Below, piece after piece: positions 58,701-64,000 of a stretch of DNA of 64,000 bases. Origin of the DNA: the human T2T-CHM13v2.0 reference genome, Homo sapiens. Numbering within the stretch: position 1 is the stretch's first letter; each line of letters starts with the position of its first letter. A program made the translations under genes and the position numbers. Location: NCBI RefSeq assembly GCF_009914755.1, contig NC_060931.1; one strand, 5' to 3'. The notes under the pieces were generated by a model. That model was not told the origin of the DNA, did not search any database, and saw only the letters and a list, made by a program, of their open reading frames with translations.

Positions 58701-61700
58701 ATCATCGAAAATACTCGAATGGAATCATCAAATGGAATTGAATGGAAACTTCGGATGGCCCCGAATGGAATCATCATCGAATGGAATCAAATGGAATCAT
58801 TGAACGGACTCGAATGGAATCATGATCGAATGGAATCAAATGGAATCATCTAATGCAATTGAATGGAATCATAATTGAATGAAAACGAATGGAATCATTG
58901 AATGACGTCAAATGGAATCATCATCGAATGGAATCGAATGGAATCATTGAATGGAATCGAATGGAATCGTAATCGAATATAATCAAAAGCAATCATCAAA
59001 TGCATTCGAATAGAATCATCGAATGGCTCGAATGGAGTTAGCATCGAATGAAATCAAATGGAATCATCTAATGGACTCGAATGGAATCATCATCAAATGG
59101 AATCAAAAGTAATCATCAAATGGACTCGAATGTAATCATCATTGAATGTAAACAAATTGAATCACTGAAAGGACTCGAATGGAATCACCATCGAATGGAA
59201 TCAAAGCGAATCCGTAAATGAATTCGAATGGAATCATCATCGAATGGTACTGAATGGAATCATCGAATGGATTCAAAAGGAATCATCATCGAATGAAATT
59301 GATTGGAATCACTGAATGGACATGAATGGAATCATCATCGAATGGAATCGAATGGAATCATTGAATTGACTCAAATGGAATTGAAAGCAATCATTAAATG
59401 GATTCAAATAGAATTATCAAATGGACTCGAACGGAATCATCGAATGCTCTCCAATGGAATCATCATCGAAGGAATCAAATGGAATCATCAAATGGAATTG
59501 AATGCAGTCATCATTGAATGGAATCGAGTGGAATCATCTTTGAATAGAATCGAATGGAATCATCGAATGGAATTGAATGGAATCAGCATTGAAAGAAATC
59601 GAATGGAATCATCATAGAATAGAAACGAATGGAATCATAGAATTGAATCATCATCAAATGGAGTCCAATGGAATCATCAAATGGACTCAAATGGCATCAT
59701 CATAGAATGGAATTGAATGGAATCATCGAATGGAATGGAATGGAATTATCATCAAATGGAACCGAATGGTGTCATCGAATGCATTCTAATGGAATCATCA
59801 ATGAATGGTATCAAATGGTAGAATGGAATGGAATTGAACGGAATAATCTTCAATTGGCATCGAAAGAAATCACCGAATGGACTCGAATGGAATAACCATC
59901 AAAAGGAATCGAATGGAATCATTGAATGGAATCGAATGGAATCATCACTGAATGGACTAGAATGGAATCATCAAATGGACTAGAATGGAATCATCATCAT
60001 ATGGAATCGAATGGAATCATCGAATGGAATTGAATGGAATCATCATCAAATGTAATCAAATGGAATCATCAAATGGAATCAAACGGAATCATCATCAAAT
60101 GGAATCAAATGGAATCATCATCAAATGGAATCGAAATGAATTAACATCAAATGTAGTGGAATGGAATCATTACCGAATGGAATCCAAAGGAATTTTCATC
60201 GAATGGAAACGAATGGAATCATCATTGAATGGAACTGAAAGAGGTCATTATCGAATGGAATTGCAAGGAATCATCATCGAATGAAATCGAATGGAATCAT
60301 CATCAAATGGAATCTAGTGGAATCATCGAATTGAATTGAATGGAATCATCATTGAATGAATTGAATGCAATCATCGAATGGTCTCAAATGGAATTATTAT
60401 CAAATGGAATCGAAAGTTTTCACCTAATGGAATCGAAAGTTTTCACCAAATAGAATCGAATGGAATTATCATCAAATGGATTCGAATGGAATCATCATCA
60501 AATGGAATAAAAGAAAATTATTGAATGGAATCGAATAGAATCATCGAATGGACTAGAATGGAATCATCAAATGGAATGGAATGGAATAATCAATGAACAC
60601 GAAAGGAATCATCATTGAACGGAATTGAATGGATTCATCGAAGGGAATCAAATGGAATCATCATCGAATGGAATCAAACGGAATCATCATCGAATGGAAT
60701 CCTCGAATAGAATCAGATGGAATCATCAAAAGGAATGGAAAGGAATCATTATCGAATGGAATTGAATGGAATGATCAAATGGAATCGAAGGCAATCTTCA
60801 TCGACTGGAATCAATTGGAATCATTAAATGGAATCGAATGGAATCATTCTCAAGTGGAATCTAGTGGATTCATTGAAAGAAATCGAATGGAATCATTGTC
60901 GAATGCATTGGAATGAAATAATGGAATTGAATGAAATCACCAATGAATTGAATCGAATGGAATCATCATCGAATGGATTCGAAGGGAATCATTGAATGGA
61001 CTCGAATAGTATCATCATCGAATGGAATTGTGTGGAATCATCTAATGCGCATGAATAGAATAATCATCGAATGGAATCGAATGGAATCATCTAATGTACT
61101 CGAATGGAATCATCATTGAATGGGATAGAATGGAATCATCGAATGGAATCGAACGGAATCATCATTGTTTGGAATCGAGTGGAATCATTGAATGGACTCG
61201 AATGTAATCATCGGAAAATGGAATCAAATGGAATCATCAAATGGACTCGAATGGAATGAACATCGAATGGAATCGAATGGAATCATTGAATGGACTCGAA
61301 TGGAATCATCATCAAATATAATAGAAAGCAATCATCAAATGGATTCGAATAAAATCATTGAATGCCTCGAATGGAATCATCATCAAATGGAAACAAATGG
61401 AATCATCGAATGGAATTGAATGAAATCATCATTGAACGGAATCAAATGGAATCAACGAATGGAATGGAATGGAATGGAATCATCCTCAAATGGATTCGAA
61501 TGGAATCACTGAATGGACTCGAATGGAATCATCATCAAATGGAATCGAATGGAATCATCTAATGAACTTGAAAGGAATCATCATCGAATGAAATCAAATG
61601 GAATCACCGAATCAAAACAAATGGAAACATCATTGAATAGAATCGAATGGAATGATTGAATGGACTCGAATGGAATATCATGGAATGGAATCAAAAGCCA

Positions 61701-64000
61701 TCATCGAATGGACTGAAAAGTAATTATTGAATGGACTCGAGTGGAATCACTGAATGGACTCGAATGGAATCATCATCGAATGGACTCAAATGGAATGATC
61801 GAATGGAATCGAATGGAAACAAGGATTGGACTCAAATGGAATTATGGAATGGGCTTGAATGGAATCATCAAATGGACTCGAATGGAATCATTATCGAATG
61901 GAATTTAATGGAATCATAGAATGGAATCAAAAGGAATCATTGAATGGAATTGATTGGAATCTTCATCAATTGGAATCAGATGGAATCATCGAATGGAATT
62001 GAATGCAGTCATCATCAAATGGACCCGAATGGAATCATGATCAAATGGAATCGAATAGAATCATCGAATGAACTCGAATGGAATCTTCGAGTGGAGTTGA
62101 ATGGAATCATCATCAAATGAAATTGAATTGAATCATCGAATAGCATCGAATGGAATCATCGTCGAATGGAGTCGAATGGAATCATCGAATGGACTCGAAT
62201 GGAATCTTCATGGAATGTAATCAAATGGAATCTTCGAATGGAACCCAGTGGAATCATCATCAAATGCAATCAAATGGAATCATCATCAAATTTAATCGAA
62301 TGGAGTCATCATTGTATGGAATAGAGTGGAAGCATTGAATGGGCTCGAAAGAAATCATCGGAGAATGGAATCAAATGGAATCATCGAAAGGACTCGAATG
62401 GAATCAACATCAAATGGAATCGAATGGAATCATCGAATGGACTAGAATGGAATCAGCATCGAATGGAATCAAATGGAATAATCGAATGGACACGAATGCA
62501 ATCATCATTGAATGGAATCAAATGGAATCATCATCAAAAGGAATGCAATGGAATAATCAAATGGACTCGAATGGAATCATCGAATGGAGATGAATGGAAT
62601 AATCATCGAATGGAATAGATGGGAAACATCGAATAGCATTGAATGGAATCATCCTCAAATGGAGTCAAATGGAATCATCGAATGAACACAAATGGTATCG
62701 TTATGGAATATAATCGAATGGAATCTTCGAATGGACTTGAATCAAATCATTATCGAATGTAATTCAATGGAATCATCATTGAATGGAATCATTATCGAAT
62801 GGAATCGAATGGAATCATCGAATGGAATAGATTTGAATCTTCATTGAATGGAATCGAATAGAATCATTGAATTAAATAGAATGGAATCATCATCGAATGC
62901 AATTGAATGGAATCATCATTGAAAGGACTCGAATGGAATCATTAAACAGAAACAAATGAAATCATCATCGAATAAAATCAAATGGAATCATCGAATGGAC
63001 TCGAATGGAATCATCATCGAATGGAATTGAATGGAATAATGGAGTGCACTCGAATAGAGTCATCGAATGGACTCGAATGAAATCAACTTCGAGTGGAATC
63101 GAAAGGAATCATCAAATGGACTTGAATGGAATCATCAAATGGACTCTAATGGAATCATCATCAAATAGAATCAAATGGAATCATCGAATGGATTCAAATT
63201 GAATCATCATCGAATGGAATCAAATGGAATCATCAAATGGAATCGAATGGAATGATAGAATGGAATCGAATGGAATCATCATCGAATGGAATCGAATGGA
63301 ATCATAGAATGGAATTGAATGGAATCATCATTGAATGGAATCGAATGGAATCATCATGGAATGGAATTGAATGAAATCATCATTGAATGGAATTGAATGG
63401 AATCATAATCGAATGGAATCGAATGGAATCATCAAAGAATTGAATTGAATGGAGTCATCCGATGAAATCCGTTGGAATCATTATCAAATGGAATCAAATG
63501 CAGACATCATCAAATGGAATCGGATGGAATTATTGAATGGACTCAAATGGAAACATCATCAAATGGTATCGAATGGAATCTTCAAATAGACTCAAAAGCA
63601 ATCATCGAATGGACTCGAGTGGAATCATTATCGAATAGTATCAAATAGAATCATCAAATGGACTCGAATGGAATTATCATTGAATGGAATCGAATGGAAT
63701 CATTGAATGGACTCGAATGGAATCATCATCTAATGGAATCGAATGGAATCATTGAATGGAATGGAATGGAATCATCATCAAATGGAATCCAATGGAAACA
63801 TGAAATGGAATCGAATGGAATCATCATCAACTGGAATAGAATGGAATCATTGAATGGAGTCAAATTGAATCATCATCGAATGAAATTGAATGGAATCATT
63901 GAATAGAATCGAATGAAATCATCATCAAATGGAATCGAACAGAATCATAGAATGGAATCAAATTGAATCGTCATGGAATGTAATCGAATGGAATCTTCGA
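40700..64000 (-). repeat. Human satellite 2 (HSATII) array, diverged, runs off the window
   Basis: Continuous 23/26-bp GAATCATC(ATC)GAATGGAATCGAATG and GGACTCGAATG units (CATTCGATTC on minus); frequent CGA>CAA/TGA decay; one orientation throughout. Confidence 0.96.

Noticed and set aside
40189-63906. Dozens of MESNGIIEW-type ORFs
   Set aside because: Translation artefacts of GGAAT/HSat2 units, present in all frames with no gene structure
40700-64000. CRISPR-like array or genome-encoded repeat system
   Set aside because: Contiguous satellite units with no unique spacers and no cas genes; primate context

Overview
Hominoid (human or great-ape) pericentromeric DNA with no intact protein-coding gene, no RNA gene and nothing prokaryotic. 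Bases 1-40.4 kb are a repeat-dense, segmental-duplication-type mosaic. It holds a 5'-inverted L1PA2 3' end, several solo LTRs, and a full-length but coding-dead L1PA4/L1PA3-type element (12.2-18.3 kb, minus strand) whose antisense ORF0 is still open. Next come a (CATTT)n block and an unprocessed copy of KSR1 exon 1 with its splice donor (KSR1P1-like, minus strand), fused to a 1.4-kb CpG-rich GGGGCAAAAAGCCGC tandem repeat. Old L1M, L2, LTR and DNA-transposon debris follows. From 40,421 to the end is a diverged HSat2 (HSATII) array, entered through a (GGAAT)n / Alu-remnant / (GGAGT)n transition and containing several internal duplications, one nearly perfect. I cannot demonstrate a new biological system. 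The best candidate is the 17.9-23.5 kb cassette (L1 antisense promoter, CATTT block, KSR1 exon 1, GC-rich phased-A-tract repeat, downstream splice donor), which could be a bidirectional transcription unit. Family assignments are from recalled consensus sequences, and subfamily names and boundaries of the old repeats are approximate.
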